Source: Podarcis filfolensis (lineage: Eukaryota). Taken from it: a stretch of DNA of 64,000 bases. The number at the start of each line of letters is the position of its first letter. Position 1 is the stretch's first letter. Positions 32,301 through 44,000 of this stretch are shown here, one piece after another. The notes below the pieces were generated by a model that ran no database searches, was not told the origin of the DNA, and saw only the letters and a program-made list of their open reading frames with translations. The position numbers and the translations under genes were made by a program. Location: assembly GCA_964270895.1 (NCBI GenBank), contig OZ185440.1. One strand, 5' to 3'.

Positions 32301-34942
32301 GATGCACTTTAATATACACCAAGTATCCACATTGCAGTTCAGCAAACATCTGCTTCCCGTCTTCAAACATAATAAAACCAAGTCACAAGCCAAAGAACAT
32401 TAGAATAGAATGTGTCAACTTTGAGTGAGGGAGACATTTACCTCTGGATAGTTCTGTCCAAATGATTCTGAAATAAAACAGAAGTATAAAGCATGAAATA
32501 AGTTATACAGTACCACATTTTTTGTGTTATACAATACTTCATTTTTTTAAAAAAATGAAAGTATGCTGTTTATAATGAGAAATTTGATCCCAAATGTCAG
32601 GCATCGGCCCTTAACTCTCATCAGCTCCAGCCAGCACACCAAATGATCTAGGATGAGAACAGTTATATAGTCCAGTAACATCAGGAGGGCCACAGGTTCC
32701 CCACCATGGTTATAAATCAGTGGTGAGTGCTAAGTGGGCCCATAGTTCAAAATCCGGAGGTAGTTCTAGCAACAAAGCACAGACAACTAAAATATTCTTA
32801 ACTTGGCAAGGTGGGTGCAAATCAGCTATCTAGGCAACAATAAAATAAGACTATAGAGCAGAATGTAAGTGCATGACATTTGATGTAAACATGCAGATGC
32901 CAAGCATTACAAAATTATCACAACTCTCTGTAAGAATAACCTCAGTATTACCTTGATGTAATAACCTTCAGAAAGAAAGGGCTCTGCTTCTAATCCTACT
33001 TATATGGGAAGTGAGGCAGATAGAAGAAAAATATGTAAAGCCATGCTTATAGGTGCTTTTAATCTGGTGCTCACATTGTTTTTAGGCTACTTGTGTTAAC
33101 CTATATTTTATGGTGCTTTATAATTACTGTTATTTTATTGCATTAATTATGAGCCATCTAAATGTGTTGAAAATGAATGGAAGATAATAAATTTAATAAA
33201 ATTATTTTTTTAAAAAAACCACCCCAAGACTGAGGGTCAAACTACATACGTTAAAATGCATCTTTGCACTTTGCAGAATTCTTAAAATGCAAATAACATC
33301 AACTGAGGGTGGGCTTACCATTCGTGGGATGCAAACGGGGGATTTCTTCCCAATGTAGATACTGGTTTTAGAGGCGGGATTATCCTCAGGGCAATAAAAG
33401 GTGGGGAAAGGGTTAAAATTCCTCTCCACGGCTGACCTCATGCCCCACCAGCTGATGCTATTTGCATTTTCAAAACTTTCTTAAATACAAAAATGCTTTA
33501 ATGCCACATCCACTTTGACTCTCTGTTTTTCTCCTATTCAGGGGCTGGTCAGCTAGGACAGGTGTGGGGAACCTTTGATCCCACCGCATGTTTTGAACTA
33601 CAATTCCCATAATCCCCAATAAGTATGGCCAATAGGCAGAGATGGTGAGCCCAAAAGGCTTCCCAGACCTGAACTAGCACTTAATGCAATGATTCCCCAC
33701 TTTTTCAAGTAGTCTGCTTTTTCTGGTTTTGTCTTCCCATGTAGCACGTGTCATGGACCACTTGCATAAATATCAAGAGGCATTTGCCCTGCAAATACCT
33801 TTCCAAAATGCCAATGGTTTCTGCTTAAGATACAATAATTTTGCAAATTCATCCTTTGTATGTGTATGTGGGCACTTTGCATGTGGATTCTCTTTCCTTT
33901 GGAGCAGGCAGTAGCATCAGGCGTCAGTTTGATCCTTCCCAGGTCTTAAATCAAAAGCTAAAGAACCTAAATTATTCCCCTTCCCTACTGAGAATACACC
34001 AACTGAAAACAGGTTTAGAAATCAGTGAGACTGGATAGGATTGGGCTGTAAATATGTCTAGGAAAAGCTTTGATCAAATTCTGAGAAACCTTTGAGCAGG
34101 ATGGCAAACGGGTTAAAGTGAACCAGATCTTCCAGGGAGAATGTGGGGTATCACAATGTTTCAGCACACTGAATGGGCAACGCTTATCTCGCACGTTAAA
34201 AATGTGTGATCCCTAGGGTGTACCCTTGACGCATAACCAAACGCTGGGCAGCACAAACACAGAAATGGTGCGGTGCTACACATGCTTGCTTCGAAGTAAC
34301 AGCCACTATGTTCAGTGGGGCTGACTCACGGCTGTGTGAACAAATACTGCAGCCTGAAGAAACTTCTTTGGTCCCAAGACACTAGAAACCGAGTGGTCAA
34401 AACTGGCATGGCTGCCATGGCAACGGGACTGTCAGCTTGTTAGCAACAGGGCAGGCAGGAGGAAAGAAACCTGCCATGGGAAATCAAGCACCGCCATGAC
34501 TTCAGGGAAGCAGTTTCTGCCAGTGGAGGAGGAGGAGGAAGAGGAAGAGAGGAAGAGGTGAGCAGCGAAGGTGGGCGACCACGAATTTACATGCCATTAA
34601 ACCAGCCCCCAGGGCTGCATCCCCTGACTTTTTAGCTGATGACGAACTTAAAAGAGGTGTCAGTCAACCGACTCTGCCAAGAATTATGAAGCCGCGTTTT
34701 GTGCAAGCGGCGTGAGGAGGGGGACCTTCTCCCAGGAGCCGCCCCAGCCCAAGCGCTTCTCCGGCCCCTGGTCCGAGTCGGGTGCCCCGGCACTTCGCTG
34801 CCTTCCAAGTCCCAGGCGCTCCGGCCCCCTCGCGCAGCGCAGCCGCCCGCCCCGGCCCCCTCCCGCCCCACCAAAGGGAAGGACCGAGGAGGTCTCGACA
34901 CGACCATTTAAAAAGCCACGCACCCAGCAGTTCCAGATTCAT
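17675..34942 (-). CDS. RBBP5: Retinoblastoma-binding protein 5 (WRAD/COMPASS core subunit), complete, 14 coding exons, 539 aa
   Basis: Exons 34924-34942, 32442-32467, 31922-32094, 30659-30799, 29431-29593, 28229-28338, 27677-27796, 26106-26259, 25924-25995, 25353-25470, 23550-23619, 22423-22652, 21290-21484 and 17675-17703 sum to 1620 nt with consistent phases. The protein runs [36 protein letters not shown] ... [27 protein letters not shown] ... AGGGISELL*. Confidence 0.98.
20823..20847. repeat. T25 homopolymer in RBBP5 intron 13
   Basis: Read directly from the sequence. Confidence 0.95.
21290..21484 (-). CDS. RBBP5: RBBP5 exon 13
   Basis: [65 protein letters not shown]. Confidence 0.97.
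22009..22271. mobile_element. hAT-type MITE, degraded
   Basis: TIR TAGGATTGCCATA / TATGGCAACCCTA (1 mismatch). Degenerate 8-bp TSD GCTTAAAT / GCTTATCT. Confidence 0.6.
22423..22652 (-). CDS. RBBP5: RBBP5 exon 12
   Basis: [33 protein letters not shown]...[17 protein letters not shown]. Confidence 0.97.
23550..23619 (-). CDS. RBBP5: RBBP5 exon 11
   Basis: [23 protein letters not shown] (WDR5-binding VDV motif). Confidence 0.96.
24702..25073. mobile_element. Tc1/mariner-type non-autonomous element
   Basis: TACTGTATTGGCCTGAATA start, repeated subterminal CCCGAATATAAGC motif, and a GTGGCTTATATT...GTATA right end with partial TIR loss. Confidence 0.65.
25353..25470 (-). CDS. RBBP5: RBBP5 exon 10
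   Basis: [39 protein letters not shown] (MLL-SET/ASH2L-binding region). Confidence 0.96.
25924..25995 (-). CDS. RBBP5: RBBP5 exon 9
   Basis: [24 protein letters not shown]. Confidence 0.96.
26106..26259 (-). CDS. RBBP5: RBBP5 exon 8
   Basis: [51 protein letters not shown]. Confidence 0.96.
27677..27796 (-). CDS. RBBP5: RBBP5 exon 7
   Basis: [39 protein letters not shown]. Confidence 0.96.
28229..28338 (-). CDS. RBBP5: RBBP5 exon 6
   Basis: [36 protein letters not shown]. Confidence 0.96.
29241..29310. repeat. Compound (GA)n/(GACAGA)n microsatellite in RBBP5 intron 5
   Basis: Read directly from the sequence. Confidence 0.95.
29431..29593 (-). CDS. RBBP5: RBBP5 exon 5
   Basis: [54 protein letters not shown]. 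Confidence 0.97.
30659..30799 (-). CDS. RBBP5: RBBP5 exon 4
   Basis: [46 protein letters not shown]; AG/GT flanks. Confidence 0.96.
31922..32094 (-). CDS. RBBP5: RBBP5 exon 3
   Basis: [57 protein letters not shown]; AG/GT flanks. Confidence 0.97.
32442..32467 (-). CDS. RBBP5: RBBP5 exon 2 (26 nt, ESFGQNYPE)
   Basis: ttttatttcag|AA TCA TTT GGA CAG AAC TAT CCA GAG|gtaaat. Confidence 0.95.
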
Positions 34943-35320
34943 CTTGGCCACTTTCTCGCTCCGTCCGATCCCGCTCCGGAACCAAGGACCCCGGGGTCCT
35001 CGCGCACACCCAGCCAAGGGGCCCGGCTTAAGGCTCAGCCTGACACAACCGCAGCCCACTCGTTTCGCAGGGCTCCGGTCCGGCTTCCGAGTCACGCCGA
35101 ACTCCGGGCCTCGACGCTCGCCTTCATCGCTTCGGGACGGCGGCGAACAGCGTCTCGGGGCAAAGGGTTTGAGTGGCGTCAGGAGCAGGCAGTCGCCAGG
35201 GCAGCTACGAATCCTAGTCCGTCGAATAAAGAACACCGGCTCGAAACGAAGCAGCGTGCGCGAAGAGTTCCGGGAGGCGGGCGGCAGCGGAGGAGGAAAC
35301 GGGGCTGGCGTAACGCATGT
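34560..35320. promoter_or_regulatory. RBBP5: CpG island / RBBP5 promoter and 5' UTR
   Basis: Only strongly GC- and CpG-rich non-repeat stretch in the window. Overlaps exon 1. ETS-like CCGGAA (35268-35273, minus) and CGGAAG (35084-35089, minus), NRF1-like GCGTGCGCG (35254-35262), CRE-like TGACGCCA (35174-35181, minus). No TATA box seen. Confidence 0.88.
34924..34942 (-). CDS. RBBP5: RBBP5 exon 1 (coding part, MNLELL)
   Basis: gccaagATG AAT CTG GAA CTG CTG G|gtgcgt, inside the CpG island. Confidence 0.95.
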
Positions 35321-35556
35321 TATTCTAGGGCAGGTATGGGAACCTGCGTGCCTCCATATGTTGTTGAAATCCGGCTGCAACCAGGTTATCCTGGCTGAGG
35401 CTGATGGGAGTTGTAATCCAACAAGATCTGGAGAGCACCCGGTTCACCTTCCTGGCCTGAAAGGGAAATCGAGAGGCATGTTGTGATAGCCGCAGGGCTT
35501 GTGGGGGGGGGGGAAGCATCTACTGAGCCGCCTTTTCTCTCCAAATTACAAATATC

Positions 35557-35645
35557 CATAGCTGTCAACTTTTCCCTTTTCTTGCTAGGAATCGTATTCG
35601 GAATAAGGGAATTTCCCTTAAAAAGGGGGAAAATTGACAGCTATG
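35557..35645. mobile_element. 90-bp hAT MITE, second copy
   Basis: TIR CATAGCTGTCAA / TTGACAGCTATG. Perfect 8-bp TSD CAAATATC (35549-35556 and 35646-35653). Near-identical to the 14239 copy. Confidence 0.9.
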
Positions 35646-36427
35646 CAAATATCTGGAGAGAAAGAACTGAGATACTAAAAGCAAAGCAGGGTAGCTATGC
35701 TTGGGAAATGGCTTCTCAATCAGTGTTGCTAAATGTTGTATGTAAAGGTATTAGAAGCAGCAGCAGCTGTAACGTGTTTCGACATGATTTCATGCGGGTA
35801 GTTTTTAGACTTCCCTTCGAAGCAAATCCCAAATTTTCTTGTACCTATTTCTGATAAACCACTGCCCTTATGTCACATAACCTTACCACATAGTCTGGAA
35901 TTGTCGTTTTTAGGTTTCAGCACCAGAAACACAACCCTTCTGTCTCTAGCACTTAAATCTGTTGGGACATTTACTAAATATTTACTAACTTACATTGTTT
36001 CAGAAGCAGGTTCAAGATAGGTGGTTGCAGAGTAAATGAACACACCACGATGCAGCAAGCAGAAAGCATCTTTAGCTTTTCTTAAGTGGGTGGTGGCGAT
36101 AACAGTGCTTCTACTTGGGAGGGATATGAGTGGTACAAATACACAACTATTTCAGTTTTATGGACGGTGCACTTCAAAAAAAGTTATATGTTTATATATA
36201 CAAATAAAGTGACTGTAAGTGTCTTAAGTTATTGTTCGTAAAATGATAAGAGTATCACAACATAGACATCTTTTTCTGTAAACTGGCATACTTCTTTTTT
36301 CAGGTTCTTTTTGGTCTTGGTGGTTCTTTCTCCCAAAAATCAAAAGTCATGGTAAGGCTGTGAATATTTACCTTCCAATACATTTTTATCCCTCTGTTAC
36401 AGTAATATATTAAACAGAAAACAAATA

Positions 36428-36645
36428 CAGCGGTACCTCTGGTTACGAACTTAATTCATTCTGGAGGTGCATTCTTAACCTGAGGTACCACTTTAGCTAA
36501 TGAGGGCCTCCCACTGCCGCCAGTTAACAATTTCTGTTCTCATCTTGGGGCAAAATTCTTAACCCGAGGTACTACTTCCAGGTTAGCAGAGTCTGTAACC
36601 CAAAGTGTTTGTAGCTCAAGGTGTTTGTAACCCGAGGTACCACTG
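36428..36645. mobile_element. Same Tigger-like MITE family, opposite orientation, with a small internal deletion
   Basis: CAGCGGTACCTCTGGTT ... AACCCGAGGTACCACTG with TA flanks. The interior is the reverse complement of the 59568 copy. Confidence 0.88.
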
Positions 36646-37927
36646 TACGAGTGCTACTTTTTCTGTATTTGTTCCCAAAGTATAGGGTAAGCTGCCTTAT
36701 AGAAGTTAAGAAAATGCTAAGAAAGCTGCAGTTCACTTTCTGCATTCTATGTGAATTGAGAAGAACAGGAGGCAAAATGCCTTGTTTCTTGCTTCTCAAC
36801 AACAAACATCCTGCTTCTTCTATTGGCAGTGGGGTGAGGAAGTGGGAGGTGAGCAGACCTCAGGCCCAGGGATCAGAAGTAGGCCTCCACATCATTCTGT
36901 CCAGTGCTCAGGACTCTGCCAAGGCCAATTTCTCACTGGTTCTGCTCTGCACTGCCATCTTGTGTTTTTACCTGGCTGGAATGTGTCCTTGAAACTTTTG
37001 CTTGCCTGGATGGAGTGGTATTTGTTTGGCCACACCCACTTTGGCTACACCCACCCCTTGGTAAGTGACCCCTGTCATTGTCCAAAAGGGAGTGTGGCCC
37101 TGGAGCTGAAAATGTCTGCCATTTCTCTAGTCTTCTTTGGAAGTTTCCTGGTCCTCCATTTTAGTCTTATCTCAAAGTCCAGGGCCACTACCCAAATTCT
37201 CAGCCAAAATTTGGGAGGGGTGAAAGAAGAGTCTCTTCAGCAACTTTTCGAACATGTTTTGAATGAAAATAACTACCCTCTTTTTTGCTCTGTTTGGAAA
37301 CTCCTATCTTGTATAGGTTTATTTGCCAAGGAGCCAAGATTAGCTGGGGCATCTTGCCAGTGAAAACTGAGGTTTGCTGCAATGTATTTACTTGCAGGAG
37401 GCAATGCTTCTTGAGTACCTGTAATCCTAGCTTGATGCTGGAAAAATTATATGCAAGATGGCAGCCTAATTCAATTTTGTAGATTGCAACATGCGCTGTG
37501 ATAGAGGCTGTTTCTGTTTTGTGTGGGGTTCTTGCTTTGTCGTTAAATTCATCGGCAATTGGGATTTCTATAAAACATTTGCTGGTTATATGATTGGGAC
37601 TAAAGACTTTGAAGAACTATAACAGAGCACCTCTGTCTTTCTGACAGGCACAAATCCAGTTTCATTTTCCTGCGCTAATGCTGACTCACTTGTTGACAAG
37701 TTGGTGTACCTTGCCCTAGGAAAATGCTGGGAAATGTTCACAATATTCCATGAGATCAGCTGAAAAGCTTGTCTATACTTATGTGGCTTTTTAGATTTCC
37801 AAATATGAAAAAGCCCGGGCAGATTTTACGTTTCCAAATAGGTGTAGTCCTGGTTAGTTGTTCTAGTTAAAAACAAGTTTCTTGAGCACCTTAAAGACAA
37901 ACTGTTGTGTAAGGTTTCATGGACTAG

Positions 37928-38111
37928 CACATAGGAAACTGCTTTTATGGAGCTTGATCACTGGTCCATCTAGCCCAATATTATTTACACTGACTGGCAG
38001 CAGCTGTCTAGGATTTCAAATGTCTTTCCTAGCTCCACCTGGAGATACTAAAGATTGAACCTGGGGCCTTTTTCATACAAATCATGTGCTCTCCCGCTGA
38101 GCTACAGCACC
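37928..38111 (-). mobile_element. tRNA-derived squamate SINE (Squam3-like), older copy
   Basis: Aligns by eye to the 157-334 copy: actggtccatctag, cactgactggcagcagctgtc, gattgaacctgggg, ctgagctacagc. Confidence 0.72.
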
Positions 38112-38459
38112 TCCCCATACATATTATCAAATCCATGAAACTGTAACATTAGTTGGCATATTATGTACATACATCTGGATGGGTGTTGGTGAGTAAAAAA
38201 AACACACAACAGGGATCAAATGGTCATGAAATGCATAAAGTACAACCTATAGCAATTTAGTTAAACTACACATTATGTAATTTGTACTTTTGAAAAAGCA
38301 TACGTAAACTCATCACCATTCTCCGGGGGGGGGGTGGTGAAGCAATCACAGGGCCCCAATCCAGAACATGCTCCCAGTGTGGATGGGGGCTCTGCGCCAG
38401 TTTCCTTGTGAAAATCCCTCCTACCCACTGATTTAGCTAAGCCCTGCTATGTGGCAATG

Positions 38460-38600
38460 TGTGGGAAAGCCTTCCTTGTGATGGCACCTTAGCTTTGGAA
38501 TTTCCTTCCCTCTAATATATGGCTTGCATCTTTTTTTAAAAAACAACAACTATTACTTCGGATGTCAGCTGAAGACCTGGTTATTCACCCAAGCTTCTTG
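38460..38600 (+). mobile_element. Old L2 3' ORF fragment
   Basis: gccttccttgtgatggcacc...ctttggaatttccttccc...cagctgaagacctggttattc resembles the AFSVVAPxLWNSLP...LKTxLF L2 terminus. Confidence 0.5.
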
Positions 38601-38973
38601 TTACACTTTAATGCCAAAATTGATGTTTATTTTAGCGTTGACTGGCTGGAAACTTATCTGCCTTCTTTTGCAGTGCTTGTAAAAGGTATGTGGATGAACT
38701 GTAACTTGCTCTGGAATTGCAACTGAAATGAACAGGTAAAGAAATGCTTTAAATAAATAACTCTCTGAGGATGCAATTTCCTGGAAGCAAATAGCAGCTG
38801 GGGGTGGAGATTTCCAGGAGGAAACTGGTGTAGGACCACCATTCAAATCAGGAGCTCTTTTTAGATTATGGTGTTCTGACGGCTTTTTCTTCAAAGAAAA
38901 AATATCCCGTTTAAGTATGAACAATATGCAGTTTAGCCCTAACGATCATTCACAGTTGTGACAGTAAGGAATA

Positions 38974-39329
38974 GGTAAGGTATAGGACCCCTGGATGGTT
39001 AAGTCCAGTCAAAGGCAACTACGGGGTGCAGCGCTCATCTTGCTTTCAGGCCAAGGGAGCTGGTGTTTGTCCAGTTTTCTGGGTCGTGTGACCAGCATGA
39101 CAAACGCTTCTGGCACAACGGAACACCGTGACGGAAATGGTGTTTACCTTCCCGCCACAGCAGTACCTATTTATCTACTTGCAGTGGTGTGCTTTTGAAC
39201 TGCTAGGTTGGCAGGAGCAGAGACAGGGCAACAGCAGCTCACCCCATGGTGCAGATTTGAACCGCCGACCTTCCAATCGGCAAGCCCAAGATGCTCAGTG
39301 GTTTAGACCACAGTACCACCCACACCCCT
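38974..39329 (-). mobile_element. Sauria SINE, full length
   Basis: Reverse complement of the 9268 copy. 13-bp TSD ACAGTAAGGAATA at 38961-38973 and 39330-39342. Confidence 0.92.
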
Positions 39330-41062
39330 ACAGTAAGGAATAAAATGATGTGTAATGAAAGGGCGAACTGTCCTTATTCAAGCCTAGAATGCAATCAAAT
39401 CTTCGGTAAATTCTAATCCAGCAACCGCACACTGACAAAAGATCTTGCACCCACTTAATTGTATTTTATTATAGCACAAGCTTTCATGGACAGATGTGTC
39501 TGGCCTCCATGATTAGCCTTTACTGTATGCATTAGACTAACTCTAACCAGTACATTGTTTTTTTGCACACCTGCCCTGCTGCTGCAGTTTTTAATTAATC
39601 CTTAGGGATAAATTAGATGGAATAGCAGCAGACCTGGATATCAAAGGCAGAAGGGAAGCATAGTACACAGGATACCCTCCTTCCCATGGGAACTCGTATT
39701 GCTGCAACCTGACAGAGATAAAATAACCTTGAAAACTGTGGGTGGGTGGGAAAGAAAATAGAGCAGGCAAGGGTTAATTTAGCCCTCAAATGTTTTAAGT
39801 CCTTCCCTCTTCTTACACATCCCAAATGCCCCAAGTTGTACCCTCTGGCAGCAAAAGTAATTGGGAGGAGTCATCTATCAAGTCTCATTTGCCATCTAAA
39901 TCCAGGATGTTAAACCTTTAGAAACAGTTAAAGGAATTCATGTTAAGCAACATGGCTGCCTAGAGCGGCCAAGAGGAAGTGCCTTTTTTCCCATCTAATT
40001 TCAAGAGCTGTTGCATTTACAAAGAGATTGATTAAATTTGTATAACTAGCACTATTTGTCAAGAGCTGCTGACAAATGTTAGTATATGTTAGTACATGGC
40101 TTATTAAGTTTTATTCGTTTAGAAGAGATGTTTGGGGAATCTTTACAATAGAGGTGAACATGACAGGAGCATTTTTGTTCCCGTATTACAGTTCTGTGTA
40201 TAACTTCTCTCCATTTTATGGTATTTGCTTTTTCTTTTTTGAATATCCAGAATTACAAGCAGGCATAGTTGTTTTTTTATACGATAGTAAGAAATTGTGG
40301 CAGCCTTATATTTTTCTATTGCCAGACATTACTTATTGCAGTAGTAAAATAGAAATCTCTTCCAAACTAATCCTCTAAAATCCTAGGCCACCTTGAAGAT
40401 GCCTATGGTAGAATATAAGAGGCAATGACTGGGACAAATGGCTTTGAATGGACCGTGAGCAGACCCAAAACAGCCTATCAAAATTACAAAGACTAACCCA
40501 CTTCATTCCATCATAATAAGATTATCTGATTAAATGAGCTCTTAATCCATTGAAATTTATTATGCCAGAATGAAATTTGCCAGCTTTAAGGTGCCACAGG
40601 TTTTTGACATCAATGATTGCCAACATGCCATATCCAGAGTTGTAATCATGTTGACTGCAGCAAAAACAGATTGCATTTTATCAAGCAAGGCTGCAATATA
40701 ATATAGTGAAGAGAAAGATTAGGTGGAAACTCTTACAACAGGAATTGGGATTATTATTGTGTATACTATCCTAGGGGCAGTACTGGCACATCCCCAAATA
40801 AGTGATGAATTTTGTGATGCAGTTCAGTACCCACAAGGACATCCATCCATCCCCATTGCCAAAGAGCATGTACTGCTGTAGCTTCATCAACACAAGCCCC
40901 CACCCTTGTGGCTCAATATCCACTTGATCAGTTTATTAGCAGGTATTATTACTACCACTCCCTAGGTGGTGGTGTGACAGATTCAAAACTCAGCAAAGTC
41001 TCTGGAACAATTATTGGAAAAGTAAAACCACACAAGCAGCAGCAAAAAATGTTAATGCAACC

Positions 41063-41068
41063 TTTATT
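41063..41068 (-). terminator. DSTYK: Probable distal DSTYK polyadenylation signal (3' UTR about 3.9 kb); a proximal AATAAA lies at 43440-43445
   Basis: AATAAA on the minus strand at the end of an AU-rich, repeat-poor stretch with TGTA motifs upstream. Confidence 0.5.
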
Positions 41069-44000
41069 ATACAGCACAGCACTTCTGTGCATTCTACTCT
41101 CTATTAAAACAGACTTTCATTATAGCACTAAATGAAGTCTTGACCCACAGTCACGTCTCTTAAAATACACGTAATGGGGGAAGGGGCTGCAGTGGAGAGT
41201 AAATTAGTATTACAGAATACAAGGGAAATATTTTTCTCAATCATGTCATTTTCCATGTTATTGCACTTTTCCTATACAGTTGGTAAGTTTGTTACCTTTG
41301 CCTTTAACACTAATATACATAAGTTTTTTTAAAAAATAAAAGTAGTACAAAAAATCTATAGGCATTACATTGGAACTGTACAACTCTTAACTCAGGTTTC
41401 TACCTCCCCCCAATAGCCAAGTTGTAACAGTTGACCATCAGTTTAATAGAACCAAAACAAAGGGAAGCATTAGAAGTTCAAGAAATACAGTGCTATTTAA
41501 GCCCCTGAGGGAGTTTTAAATGCTGCTGTGCTCTTATTCTCTCCCTGGAGGGGGAAAAATCATAGTATTAAAATTTAAAAAATAACAAAGTGAGGACAAC
41601 TGGCGAGGAGACCAGTAGATACAGAGAAGGCATTATGTACATCTCTAAAAGTGAAAGCTCAACAGAGAACCACATTAGATTGGGATCCAGTACTGATGGT
41701 CCTTCCATTAATGACAGTCACCCTACAAGAGCCTACATTCAAGCAGTTTCTGAGCCTCCAAATACTATCCAGGAGGGAAGGGGCTGAGAGAAGGATGAAC
41801 ACAAAAGTGCTAAAAAAAAAAGATAAATAGAATAGCTTGCACTTGAATTCAACAAGCTAGAAGGGCTTGCATTGTATATTCAAATCACTAGAAGTACTAC
41901 AGATGGACACAAAAATGGTCAGTTGCCAAACAAAAGCTCCCATAATCCACTGCACTAGACAGCAATGTGATAGACAGCAGCAATGCACTAGCAAGCTGAG
42001 GGCAACACTCCAGCATCGCAACATGGCAATGTGACATTGCATTCAAGCCTTGCTTTCACTCATGTGAATCCTATGTAGTGTTCGTATCCAGAGCCTAAAT
42101 TGGCCACAATATCCAGAGCAGAAATAAGTAGCCTAGCAATTGGTCAGCTTTGAATAGCTCCATCTTTGAACCATGAGCTACTAGCACCACTATGGATTCC
42201 TCCAACTCTGCTTTCTGTAAGTATGCTTGTTTTTGTAAACTAGTTTGATTTATCATGTTTCCAACTCTAAAGAAACCTCTTTTTTGGAGCACCTGCTTTA
42301 GCCATCCAGTCAGTGGCAACCTGTAAACGTTGCATAATACAGTTTAGTAAACAAAGTTTCCTTTTGGGTACAGAAGAAAGTGGGTAATGAAATTAACTTA
42401 AGAGGCAGGTGGGGAGAGAAGAGGTATTTTGCAGTGCATAAGATAGTTGTACGTGAGCACAACAATAACTTTATTTTTAAAACAACAACAACCAGGAGTT
42501 GCTTCTAACAGATCTTCAGTTTAATGCTTTTTGTCAAGTAACTGGAGTGGGATCGCAGTGATAGATGCTCTGCACTCACAGCTGGCCTGAATACACAGAT
42601 AGCCACCATTACCCCCTACCATAATACCTGGTAGTGGCATCTGTTTGCCTCTATTGAAACAGCTATGAATAATTTTAGTGTGTTCAAAATACATGCTTCT
42701 TGGGCCACAAGGGTGGTAGTAACGTAGAGAAAGCATACAGCATTGCCAAATATGAACGAGGGTGTATGTTTTAATCGAAGTCAAATGTGCTTTAACTAGA
42801 AGATCTTTAGATGACACAAAACCCATCTCTTCCCTCTTGTGAGGCATGTCAGGGGGCCTGTGAAATCTGATTCAGAGCTGCTCAGAATAATTAAAATTTA
42901 TGCCTAACAAAGGAGCACATGCATGGTTGTACATTGGGAAAGGTCTACTGAGCCAGAGGTGTCCATGGGGAAGACAGTCCTAGTGGAATTTGATAGAATA
43001 CTTTAACTCAAGTTTTCAAAAAGGCACAGGGTATTATAGAATAAGGAAGTGGCTGTTTGGGAAAAGCTATACAAGCCGTTTTCAAATAGTTTTATTCATT
43101 TTAATTTTACATAAACTATATACTTCCAAAAATACTGACCTAGACCCTCCTAACTCTAAACAAGGTCACTAGCCACTGTAGCACAGAGTAAACGGGTATG
43201 AAATGAGTAATACTGTCAAATGACTGGAACAGTGGCCTAGCTAGTACATAAGTGACATTTCTAATATCTATTTGAGAATATATGTGCTTTTTTGTGAGCA
43301 TGCTTGGCAACCGTGGCTGCCCATTCAAGTTGCCAGATGCTACAATTTGTGGACAGAAGTGTGAATACAGTTTTGATCACCACATAGCAATGAATGCCCA
43401 TTAAGTAAAAAGCAATCATTTTAAAAGCACAGTTTCAATTTTATTGCACACAGGAAGGGTTCATCTAGGCTGGGCCAGTAACATTGCAAGGTCACTTTTG
43501 TCTCTAGTAGTTTATGTAAACAGGCAAGAGGCTGTAATTCTGCTTTGTGCAACAGAAGCAATGGACTGTATGTTGCATGTTTGATTGGCTTTGTATAGCG
43601 CACACTCAATTATCCTATGACGATGAAATCAGTGCATGCCTCATTGTGTGGAAGAAGGAGAATAAGGTTTCACCCTTCATTCTCCACACGGGAGAAAAAC
43701 TTTGACCTTACGCCAGTTGCATTCTCCAGCTCATCCTACACCTCTCCTCAAAACATTGTTGTACTAAGAAACTAAGTCTTGCACAAACAAATGCAAACAA
43801 ATCTTTCTCTCGGGGTGCGTCAAGTACTGTATGAAAGAGCCCTTCATTTTGCAGGACTCTGGACTGTCCTCCCCATGTGCTCCCTGCAATGGATTCCTAA
43901 ATTAACATAGTCTAACACAGCCAAACAACAAACCCTAAAGAAGGAAATGGTCAGAAATAGCAATCATGCACATCTATGGAATGATGTTGGGTCTCTCTTA

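Noticed and set aside
34632-35519. Three overlapping ORFs of 228-238 aa across the RBBP5 promoter
   Set aside because: Arg/Pro/Gly-rich products of GC-rich CpG-island DNA with no recognisable domain. Only the MNLELL segment is real coding sequence.
36782-37363. 193-aa + strand ORF
   Set aside because: Non-ATG start, no recognisable motif, and it runs through MITE-like sequence (ggccacaccc...gtgtggccc). Treated as chance.
40535-40600. ttaaggtgccacag motif resembling Penelope-like element ends
   Set aside because: Too short and degenerate to call
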